A stretch of DNA of 64,000 bases, taken from contig VRVR01000020.1 of the NCBI GenBank assembly GCA_009859145.1, positions 1 through 64,000 of the forward strand, read 5' to 3'. Shown here piece by piece: positions 9,135 to 17,883 of the stretch. Every line of letters starts with the position of its first letter. Position 1 is the stretch's first letter. The notes under the pieces are model-generated. The model was not told where the DNA came from. It ran no database searches and was given only the letters and a program-made list of their open reading frames with translations. Both the position numbers and the translations under genes were made by a program. Source of the DNA: Andalucia godoyi And28. Lineage: Eukaryota; Protista; Jakobida.

Positions 9135-12100
9135 TTACATTATAGAACATGCTTTGGTGCTTCCCGACTTTTGCGCTTTGGCTGGTTTTTGGTCAGCAGC
9201 AGATGGTACTGTTTGTTCGCTCTGCAACCGCCCAAGAACTTCGTCATAAGAGGCATCCATGCGCCTCTCGATAGGTGCCGAGGCGCGGCGCTGGATTCTG
9301 TACAACTCCGAAGGATCTGCACCCGCTTCCATCAGAACATCGAACACATCGGCGTGACCTTCTCTATATGCATAGTGCAGTGAAGACCAACCTGCATCAT
9401 CTCGACGATTGATCTCAATCCGTCCGGTTCGCAGCATAGCCTTCACAGCCGAAAGGGAACCCTTGATGCATGCGTAATGCAGAGCAGAACGCCCGCGTTT
9501 GTCAACAGAGGAGATGTCAGCTCCTCCAATGTCCGAAGCAAGGAGCACTTCAAGAGCCGTAGAGTGACCTTCTCCTGCCGCGAAGTGAATTGGCTGGGCA
9601 CCTTTGCTGTCCTCAGCGGATACTAATGCACCACGATCAATGAGCGATCGAATGCACGGTACGTCCCCAATGGATGCGGCATAGTGCAACGCCGAACAAC
9701 CGGCGGCATCACGGCTGTTCACGGACGCTTGCCATTCATCGACGAGCAGCACTAGTACATGCACGTGGCCTGCGTGGACTGCCAGGTGCAGCGCAGTGCG
9801 GCCAAGGTCATCCTTGTCATCCACATCGGCGCCTCTCTCCAACAAAACTGCAGAGGCGTCGTGCAGACCAGCCAGCGCAGCGTAATGCAGCGGCGTAGAC
9901 CCGGTATCGTCGCGCTTCTTGACTTCTGCTTTGTGATTCAGCAGGAGAACGCAAAGATCGGCAGACACCGCAGCAGCAAGGTGAAGAGGAGATCTGTTTG
10001 TGTCGTCCCAAGCATTGGGATCCGCCAGACCATCATCCAGCAAGACGCGTGCTGAGGCAAACGCATTGGCTGCACACGCGCAGTGTAATGGTGTACGGCC
10101 CTCGTCATCCGGTTCAAGGGCATCCAGACCGCGCTGCAGCAACTGCGAAACAAGCTTTGGCTTGTCTGCTGCGGCTGCACGATGCAACGCACCGGCACGC
10201 CGCATTTTCGCAATCGCCGTGCCTGTGTTTCGGACCTTTGACCAGCGAGCACGGGCTGCCTTTCGTGAGACGTCCTCCGAGTCCCCAGGAACTGCAGCAA
10301 CAGGAACTGGCGTGATGGGAGCAGCGGGAGCAATCTGAACACTGGAACTCGATGAGGGAGGGGAGACAGAACTGATAGCATCCGAAACGACCGGACGCTC
10401 GTCGGGAGATGAAGGGGAAGAACCAGACGGAGTCGGAGGCTTCGCAATGCCACTTTGTACAACTGTGTCAGACATCACAACTCGTCTACCAGAGACTGGA
10501 CGAGGGCGTGGCGAAATGGCACCCATCCCCGGCGACGGAGATTTTGGCTGCATGGTAAGGGCATCATTGGCACGACTCAGCTCTTTCTGGCGATCGATGT
10601 CTTCTTGCACAATCTGATCCAATGATTCGTCATCGTACTCCCCCTCGCTCGAACCCGAATGAATGAAGCGCTGAGGAGGCTGTGAACCGTGCGAAGGTGA
10701 TGACAGCGAAGACTGGTACTGGTGGGTGACTGCCCTCCTCAACAGCGAAGACGTCGTGCCTGATTTTGGGCGCTGAGGAGATACCTGTACTCGCTCGATT
10801 ACAGCGCCCCATGATGATGTCGCAGAAGCAGTCGAGTTGGTCGTTTCAATTGGGGCGTCCGGAATACCAGTTTCTTCCTGGGGATTCGAGGTGGAGAAAA
10901 TTCTGCGTGACGGATGGGAGGGTGAGGAGGACACCGGACGTCTCTTGTCGGATTCTGGAGTGCGGACCATCGCAGGTATGTGCGGCGCAGATGCAGAAGC
11001 AGGGCGAATGACGTCCACCTGGTGCTTATCCGTCATTTCAGCGGACTGTACACACGGTGTTGGAGAAGACCGTGCAATCACTGCTTCTTCCGGTGCGCCA
11101 AACACTCTGTCGCTATAACCATCATCGAAATCTCCGTCATCTTCTTGGACGACTGCACTTTCGTCTTGAAGCCAAGGCTGGCTCACACGCGATGAGCTCG
11201 GTCTACCAAGAGTCGACGGAGTGGAGCCACGATATTCATTTGGGTGACTGAGATCGTGATACGATCCAGTTTTCTTCGACGGGGAAACGTCACGCGTGGT
11301 GTGTTGCTGCTGGTGTTGATACTGCAATTTCATCAACGTAGTCAACTCCTCCACTTGCTTTCGCAACATTTCAATCTGTTGCTCCATCTCTGTTTCTCTT
11401 TTCGACTTGTTGGACAGTGGCAAACTTCGGGGCATCTTGGCACCAGAACGCTCTGTATCGACAGTTTCGCGCAATTGTTTCACCTCCGTACGCAATTTCC
11501 TGACTAGAGAACCAGACTTCTTGGATGTCGCTTCGGCATCTCGAAGCTTCTTCTGCAATGAGGAAATCTCTAAACTGGAATGCAAAGGGTTGACGGATGG
11601 TGCGAGCGATGCTTCAGCCACTTGCTTGGGTGTCGGAACCGGGGATAGCATCACTGGAGATGTGTCACGCTGTGGTGAACGCGGAGAAAGGTGAAAGGAG
11701 GACGCTTCTGCCCGTTTTGGCGACGAGGATTCGACAGATGCAAAGACCGAGGACCCACTGCTGGTTTCCAGAATAGATGCAGACTTGGAGAGCGGCTCGT
11801 TCCTGCGCTTCAAAACTCGAAGCGGCTTCGTCCGTTTCGCATTCTGACTTCTCTCGGGAAGGTAAGGAATGTTCACAGCAAGATCGCTGGCCAAAGTGCT
11901 CTCTTCGATGGTCGATGGCTGATGGCCAAGCATACCTTGCTCGGACTCAACGCCCCAAGTGTATACAGAACCGCCATAGGTCACCGCTGCTGAATGTGAC
12001 CAACCGCAGGAGACGCAATTCACGCCCTTACCCGCTATTCCTGTAACTGGTCGTGGAATGAGCGTATCTCGAGCGTGTGTGGCGCCACCTTGGCCACCAG

Positions 12101-13091
12101 ACGAAGCACCCCACGACCAAACTTCCCCGGTGTCGGAAACTGCTGCAGAATGCGCAAGCCCACATGCAACTTGGCAGATGGAATGTCCGTGAAAAGCCTT
12201 GATCAATGAGGGCACAGAACGCGCCTTTCTGTCACCGAGACCCAGCTGCCCCCGAACTCCAGAACCCCATGCATACACATCTCCAGCGTGGGACAGTGCC
12301 AAGACATGGTGCCCGCCTGCTGAAACGGACAAGATTCCTTTTGAAGAAAACGCTTCCAAAAGAACTGGAAAAGGAAGCAGATCTCCAGACTTGTTTCCAG
12401 CAACATCATCTTCAACATTTCCAGCAGCGGACACTGCAACATTGGAATTTAGAGGACATGGCATAGTACCCCAGAAATACACCTGACTGTTATCGGACAA
12501 TGCAACGGAAAAGTTGACGCCGGCTGCGACTGCTCTAATCCTTCTACCGCGCAGGGCCTCAATCAACTTTGGGGCGCGAACAGAATCTTCGCTCCCAAGT
12601 CCCAGCTGGCCACCACGACCCCAGCCCCAAGCATATACATCTCCTGATGCGGTCAATGCAAGTGTATGAGCCATCCCACACGCAACCTGTACAAATGATT
12701 CATGGGAGGGCGTGGAGTCCAGGCATGCCGGAGTGGGTTGGTGGTTGACCTTGTCTCCGAGTCCAAGTTGGCCGTTCACCCCTCGACCCCAAACCCACAC
12801 TTTCCCGGACGAATCAACACATGCTGAATGCATGGAACCGCATGCCACCGATACAATCCGGCTGTGGTTCAGAGTAGAGATCACCCGTGGAGTGTGTGCC
12901 GATGCTTCAAAGGCATGGCCAAGCTGGCCAAGGCCTGCTCCCCACGAAAGAACCAGTCCGGCTTCCGATAGCGCACACGTATGTTCGGCTCCACAAGAAA
13001 CTGCTCGGATCCGATGGTCGGAGAGCGTACCAACCAGAGAAGGTGCAACAAACGTTGATTGAGAATCCCGCCGTTTAGACTTCGGATCCAT
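9135..13091 (-). CDS. RCC1-repeat, coiled-coil and ankyrin-repeat protein with C-terminal CaaX
   Basis: Repeated VACG..H(T/S)..L...G.V..WG....GQLG RCC1 units in the first ~400 aa; about 8-9 G.TPLH.A ankyrin units near the C-terminus; ends in CSIM-stop. Confidence 0.9.
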   Translation of the reverse strand: MDPKSKRRDSQSTFVAPSLVGTLSDHRIRAVSCGAEHTCALSEAGLVLSWGAGLGQLGHAFEASAHTPRVISTLNHSRIVSVACGSMHSACVDSSGKVWVWGRGVNGQLGLGDKVNHQPTPACLDSTPSHESFVQVACGMAHTLALTASGDVYAWGWGRGGQLGLGSEDSVRAPKLIEALRGRRIRAVAAGVNFSVALSDNSQVYFWGTMPCPLNSNVAVSAAGNVEDDVAGNKSGDLLPFPVLLEAFSSKGILSVSAGGHHVLALSHAGDVYAWGSGVRGQLGLGDRKARSVPSLIKAFHGHSICQVACGLAHSAAVSDTGEVWSWGASSGGQGGATHARDTLIPRPVTGIAGKGVNCVSCGWSHSAAVTYGGSVYTWGVESEQGMLGHQPSTIEESTLASDLAVNIPYLPERSQNAKRTKPLRVLKRRNEPLSKSASILETSSGSSVFASVESSSPKRAEASSFHLSPRSPQRDTSPVMLSPVPTPKQVAEASLAPSVNPLHSSLEISSLQKKLRDAEATSKKSGSLVRKLRTEVKQLRETVDTERSGAKMPRSLPLSNKSKRETEMEQQIEMLRKQVEELTTLMKLQYQHQQQHTTRDVSPSKKTGSYHDLSHPNEYRGSTPSTLGRPSSSRVSQPWLQDESAVVQEDDGDFDDGYSDRVFGAPEEAVIARSSPTPCVQSAEMTDKHQVDVIRPASASAPHIPAMVRTPESDKRRPVSSSPSHPSRRIFSTSNPQEETGIPDAPIETTNSTASATSSWGAVIERVQVSPQRPKSGTTSSLLRRAVTHQYQSSLSSPSHGSQPPQRFIHSGSSEGEYDDESLDQIVQEDIDRQKELSRANDALTMQPKSPSPGMGAISPRPRPVSGRRVVMSDTVVQSGIAKPPTPSGSSPSSPDERPVVSDAISSVSPPSSSSSVQIAPAAPITPVPVAAVPGDSEDVSRKAARARWSKVRNTGTAIAKMRRAGALHRAAAADKPKLVSQLLQRGLDALEPDDEGRTPLHCACAANAFASARVLLDDGLADPNAWDDTNRSPLHLAAAVSADLCVLLLNHKAEVKKRDDTGSTPLHYAALAGLHDASAVLLERGADVDDKDDLGRTALHLAVHAGHVHVLVLLVDEWQASVNSRDAAGCSALHYAASIGDVPCIRSLIDRGALVSAEDSKGAQPIHFAAGEGHSTALEVLLASDIGGADISSVDKRGRSALHYACIKGSLSAVKAMLRTGRIEINRRDDAGWSSLHYAYREGHADVFDVLMEAGADPSELYRIQRRASAPIERRMDASYDEVLGRLQSEQTVPSAADQKPAKAQKSGSTKACSIM

Positions 13092-13321
13092 TCGTCAACG
13101 CAATCCGCCGCAGCAAACTCAAAAAAGAAGCTCAAAAATTAATTTTAAAAAAATGCAATGTAACCTCGAAGCAAAAACCGCAAACAACCAACACAAGCCC
13201 ACACAAAACAAAGGGGACAAAAACAACTTTTTTTGAAGAGATTAAAAGAAAGAAAGAAAACGAAAACGAAAGAAAAGCTGCTTGTTTTGAAACCACGCTG
13301 CAAAGACAGATGGGAAAAGTG

Positions 13322-13834
13322 CCGTTGAATAATAACACGTCATTTTCATGCGTACGGAAGTATACAGAAACAGACACGGTCAATACTGGCCGACACTAGC
13401 ACGTTTGTTCCACAGGGGAATTCGTACTTACGCACGCTCGGCCAAAATTCAGCCGGTGACACAGGCTCCGCATTTTCGACACTCTTTAGCGCAGCATCCG
13501 TAGCCGTCTATTCTATCATTCGTTGGTTTCACTCTTTTAATTCAAATACGGGCGTGAGTGCGCTGGGATGACACATTCGCCTACGCCTACGCCGCCCGAT
13601 ACAGGGTCTCCTAGGTCCCGCAGACCTACAAAGAGACCACGTGTCACTACGCCTACCGCCTCTTCCTACCCTCGTATCTCCAGCTGCATCAATCGCTGCA
13701 ACTGAGGACACGAAAGCGCCGTGAGGCGTGTTGGGGCCTATCCCCTTCCCAACCATGATATGCATGTTGGGTTGCAACATTGATTATGGATGATCAGTGA
13801 TGATTATCCGTGGGTTAGTGCGCAATCCAGGCGT
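13322..13834 (+). mobile_element. Internally deleted Fanzor/TnpB-derived non-autonomous element (copy 1)
   Basis: High nucleotide identity to the reverse complement of 41955-42665. Lacks the 218-nt segment that carries the RuvC-III/zinc-finger remnant there (CGCC microhomology at 13717-13720). Ends in AGGCGT (13829-13834). Confidence 0.75.
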
Positions 13835-13960
13835 CAAGCAACGTCCGAGCTACAGATGGTTTCCTTTTGATCGTACTTAGATAAGTACTACGCGGGAGAG
13901 TGTGAACTGCGGAGGATGGAGAAGAAAGCGGGGAACCATGCGAGAGCGGACGAGAACGGC

Positions 13961-15322
13961 TTACTTTGCATGGAGAGACCATCGAAATGGTGCAAACTTT
14001 GCTTCGTTCTTCAAAAACAGCGGGTCGATCGATCCCACCCGGTTTCGCAGTACGTAATCGTTGCTGAAGGCTGCAAACGCAGGCAGGTCAACTGGCTGCA
14101 CAAACTGCGAGACGTACTCTTTGAGTCTTTGTATCCCAGCTTGTGAGGCATGCTCCTTTCTGAGAGCAACAGCCACCGCGGGCTGACCAGACTGTATATT
14201 CGTCATTGCAACTTCGCTTGCAAAGCCAGAATCCAGAACATGTCCTTCGAACGGGGAAAAGTGCAACTTCCCTCTATCGATGCGATCATCCGTGTGAAAC
14301 AGCCCGTCCTCTGCGTTGGCAACCAAATGCATGGGAACCAGACAGCCTTTGTTCATGTACTTCAGACCAGTGTCAATTGGAAATCGCAGTTCGCTGTTGG
14401 GCTTCATGAATGCGTACGGCGCAACATCCACGACCCCAGTTTCAGATGTTCGGTACAGATCCGTCAACGGCACACTGCTCTTCAGTCGCCACTGCGCGCG
14501 CAGAGTTTCGGTGACGGGAATGTTGGAGTCGTCCCACAAGAATGCACTGCGCAACTTCGACAGGTCAAGTTTAACGGCAGGTCTCTCCACAGATAGAGGG
14601 TGTATCAGCTTGTAAAAGAAGCTTCGGTCTCCAATCAGTATTGTTGGTGCACAAGAGTGTTCGGAAGCAAGGGCATTGACCATTTTGCCCTTGTAATTGA
14701 AACTGCATGCTGAATGCAAAGCAAACAAGCTCAGAAGCTCTACGGACTGAATGTTGTCGCCTGCATCGCAATAGACGTAATCCGACAGATCCCAGCCTAG
14801 CAGCGTTTCAAGCGCTTTGATCTGACCATCCAAGTCCGCATGCGTCCAGACCGTCGTTCGGCCACGCCCAAGGGTCCGTCCCTTGGATATCCTGCACATC
14901 ACATGCGGATACTCGCCAGCCAGAATCTTTGGTTTCGGCATTTGCGACTTGAGCATAGTAACTGACTGGTTCATTGCTTCTCGCACAAGCTTGTTGGATA
15001 CTGTGATGTAGTCCAACGAGCGATCCATACTCAGCTTCTGACACACATCTTGCACATCTTCGGACGCCAGAATCACGTCGGGATTGGTGGAACTGCATGC
15101 ATAGCTCACAGATCTGCTACTCTTGCACCGTGACAAAATCGGATTGGCAATCGCTCCGTTGTACATGATCGTGAATAGCATCGCAGCATTGAGGTATGGA
15201 TGTCCTGACGCATACCCAGCAACTCGGTCCTTCCATTCCACTCGGTTAAAGTTGAATCGCCGTGAGAGAATATGAATAATCGGGTGGAACTGACGACTCG
15301 CGCGCAAGCTCCATTCTCGCAT
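13961..15322 (-). CDS. Hypothetical protein (~453 aa), no recognised family
   Basis: Long uninterrupted ORF with globular-protein composition; first ATG at 15322. Confidence 0.6.
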   Translation of the reverse strand: MREWSLRASRQFHPIIHILSRRFNFNRVEWKDRVAGYASGHPYLNAAMLFTIMYNGAIANPILSRCKSSRSVSYACSSTNPDVILASEDVQDVCQKLSMDRSLDYITVSNKLVREAMNQSVTMLKSQMPKPKILAGEYPHVMCRISKGRTLGRGRTTVWTHADLDGQIKALETLLGWDLSDYVYCDAGDNIQSVELLSLFALHSACSFNYKGKMVNALASEHSCAPTILIGDRSFFYKLIHPLSVERPAVKLDLSKLRSAFLWDDSNIPVTETLRAQWRLKSSVPLTDLYRTSETGVVDVAPYAFMKPNSELRFPIDTGLKYMNKGCLVPMHLVANAEDGLFHTDDRIDRGKLHFSPFEGHVLDSGFASEVAMTNIQSGQPAVAVALRKEHASQAGIQRLKEYVSQFVQPVDLPAFAAFSNDYVLRNRVGSIDPLFLKNEAKFAPFRWSLHAK

Positions 15323-15555
15323 ATTTTCGTACTCAAGACTACAAAACAATCCCCGGTTCTCGTCTGAACATCAATACCGGACTCGGGACGCGGGATGCTG
15401 GACGCGCGGGACTCGGAGCTCTGAGAACTGAAAGCTCAGAACTGAAAACATTGCTGCCGGAGTGCTGCGCGCTCTGCTGCAAAAGGGAATTGAAGGTGAG
15501 TCTTATTGAGGTCCGACTTTTGGAAAGTTGTGTACATTTCTATTCTATCTACATT

Positions 15556-16130
15556 CCGCTCGCCGACGTATGAATCATTATTGGTCATCATCGGCTAAGC
15601 TGTCACCAAGCGCAGATCCAAGCCACGTCTTTTTATTTGGGGGGGGGGGGGGGGGGGGGGTCGAACACCAACTCTACATCAAAAGGATCATCGCAACCAA
15701 CATATTCCCCAAGCGATTCAGCATTCAAAAAAAATAAAAATGAACGTTTGGAGGAAACAGAATGTAGTCAGCGAACGACGCATTTGCCTTTGCTTCTTCT
15801 TGTTTTCTGACTGGAAAGCGCATTCCGAACGCAAATCGATGACACATCTTCGTGATTTGATGATCATCAGCTTGTTCAGCAAGTTGCGACGAGAGGGAAT
15901 CAACGGGTTTCTTGGCTCTCGGTTTCTTCGCGTATGGCTGGTGCGAGTTTGTCGGGAAGATCCCCTCTTTGGAGCCTTGCGATGCTTTGTCTTGGGTTCG
16001 ATTATTTATATAAGAAACAAACAGAAAATAGCAGAAAGCAGAAGAAAACGGGAAGAATGAAGAAATTCTGGACTTGACTACGGTAGGAGCACCGCGTCCC
16101 CATAGAGTTGGATAAGCAACTTCCGGCATG
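15556..16130 (-). repeat. Dispersed repeat family A, copy 1
   Basis: Blocks shared with 37678-38075, e.g. ATGAATCATTAT..TCATCGGCTAAGCTGTCACC, GATCCAAGCCAC, GGGAAGATCCC(C)TCTTTGGAGCC and GGGTTCGATTAT. Contains a G22 run at 15639-15660. Confidence 0.75.
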
Positions 16131-16203
16131 ATGATGCTTGATGTTTATAGATTCCGTTTCTAATTTTTACATCCTGTTATATTTGATGTTGTTCTATGAT
16201 GTG

Positions 16204-16869
16204 CTACTCCAAGGCTTCCGGGGACTCTGTAGACATTGGGATGACCTTTCTGCTGGAGTTGGTGGTCTTGCGATGAATTTCCAGGATGAGCACAATTGCG
16301 GAGCCCGCGGTGAAGAGCCCGCTGAACGTGAGCATCGCGAAGTTGGACCCATATTCGATCTTTGCATTGACGATGCGGCCTCGGAGCACGCTCCGAGACT
16401 GGATGAAAGCGAGAAAATCGTCGTGTGACCCGCGCAGCATCGGGTGGATCGTCAGCTGAACCGCGTACAGGATTCCCGACAGGAGCACAAACGCTAGGGC
16501 AAACCGACTTGCGCGCTCGCTCTTCTTCCAGAACAAGAAGCTCGCGATGGACGCAGCAAAACTCAAAAAAGCCACGAATGCACCGACAACCAATGCTGCA
16601 ATACCTGCATTGCGAGACTTTGTCTCCATTGCTGTTGCGTCCGTGTACATGGCGTTGTTCTTTTCTATGCTTGGTCCACCGGCACTTCCAGAATCGTACC
16701 GTAGCTCTGCATCGTAGGAGTACACCCCGACGTTCACATAGTAGAAGGCATTCATGTCGGCCATCCGAGCAGAGTTTGTGCACCATGAATTCGTGAAAAG
16801 GCACATGAGCTGGATGCCTGCAGCCAGGAAAAGAACGGCGGCAACGACCACGAGAGAAGACGAACCCAT
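16204..16869 (-). CDS. Claudin/PMP22-like four-TM membrane protein
   Basis: Four hydrophobic helices, Trp after TM1 followed by a GVY (GLW-like) motif, and YGSNF before TM4 (YGWSF-like). ATG at 16869. Confidence 0.65.
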   Translation of the reverse strand: MGSSSLVVVAAVLFLAAGIQLMCLFTNSWCTNSARMADMNAFYYVNVGVYSYDAELRYDSGSAGGPSIEKNNAMYTDATAMETKSRNAGIAALVVGAFVAFLSFAASIASFLFWKKSERASRFALAFVLLSGILYAVQLTIHPMLRGSHDDFLAFIQSRSVLRGRIVNAKIEYGSNFAMLTFSGLFTAGSAIVLILEIHRKTTNSSRKVIPMSTESPEALE

Positions 16870-17229
16870 CTCGCCAATACTGTTCTGTCCTGTGTTTTGC
16901 TTTTTAGAAATTCTCTTTTCCTCCTCCTGCTGTTGTTGTTGCTCTTCTTCTTGTCCAGTTCTTGAAACGACAGCTCGCAACGGGAGTGGCTGTGGAGGGA
17001 AGAACGGCTCGTTTCAGTTTGCGGCTAATCTGCGGAGGGTTTTGGTGGTGTCTGTGACGACAAGCTGTGTGCGCGTAATCAATGCAAAGCAAGAAGGAAG
17101 ATCCTGAATTTCACCAACCAAGAAGAAATTGGAAAAGCCAGAAGCACCAAGGGAAAAAAAAAAGAAGGAAAGAACGGGTGGGACGGAAATGGGAAAGAAG
17201 AAAAAACTGGTTCGCACGTCGTGAAAAAA

Positions 17230-17847
17230 CGTTTCCCTGTCCAACTGCTCATACGGTGTGTCGGTCTGCCGGCATCCACTTGTCAAGAACGGACACGGGT
17301 CCTTGAAGTGGCATCGTAGCAGATTCTATTAAGGTGATGTTAGTTGCTCGTACCGTCGGGAAGCGGGAAGCGAGGAAACATTGAAACAGCGTCCGTTTCT
17401 TTTTTTGTGTGCTTGCTTTTGTGGAATTTGCTTCTCCAGTTTCTGTCTTGCTCACGTCACGACTAGCAACCTTTTGAAGTGCTCTCGTCATGTTTCATTT
17501 CGTTTTATTATAATTATCTTTTTTTTCGATTGGCTTGACTAAATGCTTGAAAACCCATTGTAGAGGTTTTCCCCATCCAGTTTGCATGAACGATCCGAAA
17601 AAGAAGACACGATGTTTCAGGCCAGGTGCTTCGGAAAGGGAGCGAGCAAGGGTGTTCCGATGTCCAGCGTGTGCAGCGGTGAGAGATCGAGACTGAGAAT
17701 GGAGTGCGCAATATCTATTTGAAGAACACGGGGCACACGCACATGTTTGCGCTGGGGCATGTCCCCTAGACGATTGATTCGCGGGATCGATTGTTATACA
17801 ATATTGCAATAGCACCAATCAGTACTGGTGCAGTGTATCGCAGGCGT
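17230..17847 (+). pseudogene. Decayed Fanzor/TnpB element (copy 2) with C-terminal zinc-finger/RuvC-III remnant
   Basis: 17650-17727 translates, with one +1 shift, as RVFRCPACAAVRDRD / ENGVRNIYLKN. Followed by a GGGG-CATGT-CCCC hairpin and terminal AGGCGT (17842-17847). The left boundary is approximate and rests on weak similarity to copy 1. Confidence 0.75.
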
Positions 17848-17883
17848 TCAAGAACGGGCTGATTTTTGTAAGTATCATGGTTT

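Noticed and set aside
13702-13730. Hammerhead-ribozyme-like CTGAGGA...GAAA core
   Set aside because: Only 3 nt (CAC) where stem II should be, no valid NUH cleavage triplet, and CTGA is sequestered in the CAG(C/T)TGCA/TGCAACTG hairpin seen in both copies.
17283-17857. 10-bp direct repeat TCAAGAACGG (17283 and 17848) as a TSD of copy 2
   Set aside because: The left instance aligns with internal element sequence (AGAAACAGACACGG in copies 1 and 4), and no other copy shows a TSD; probably coincidence.
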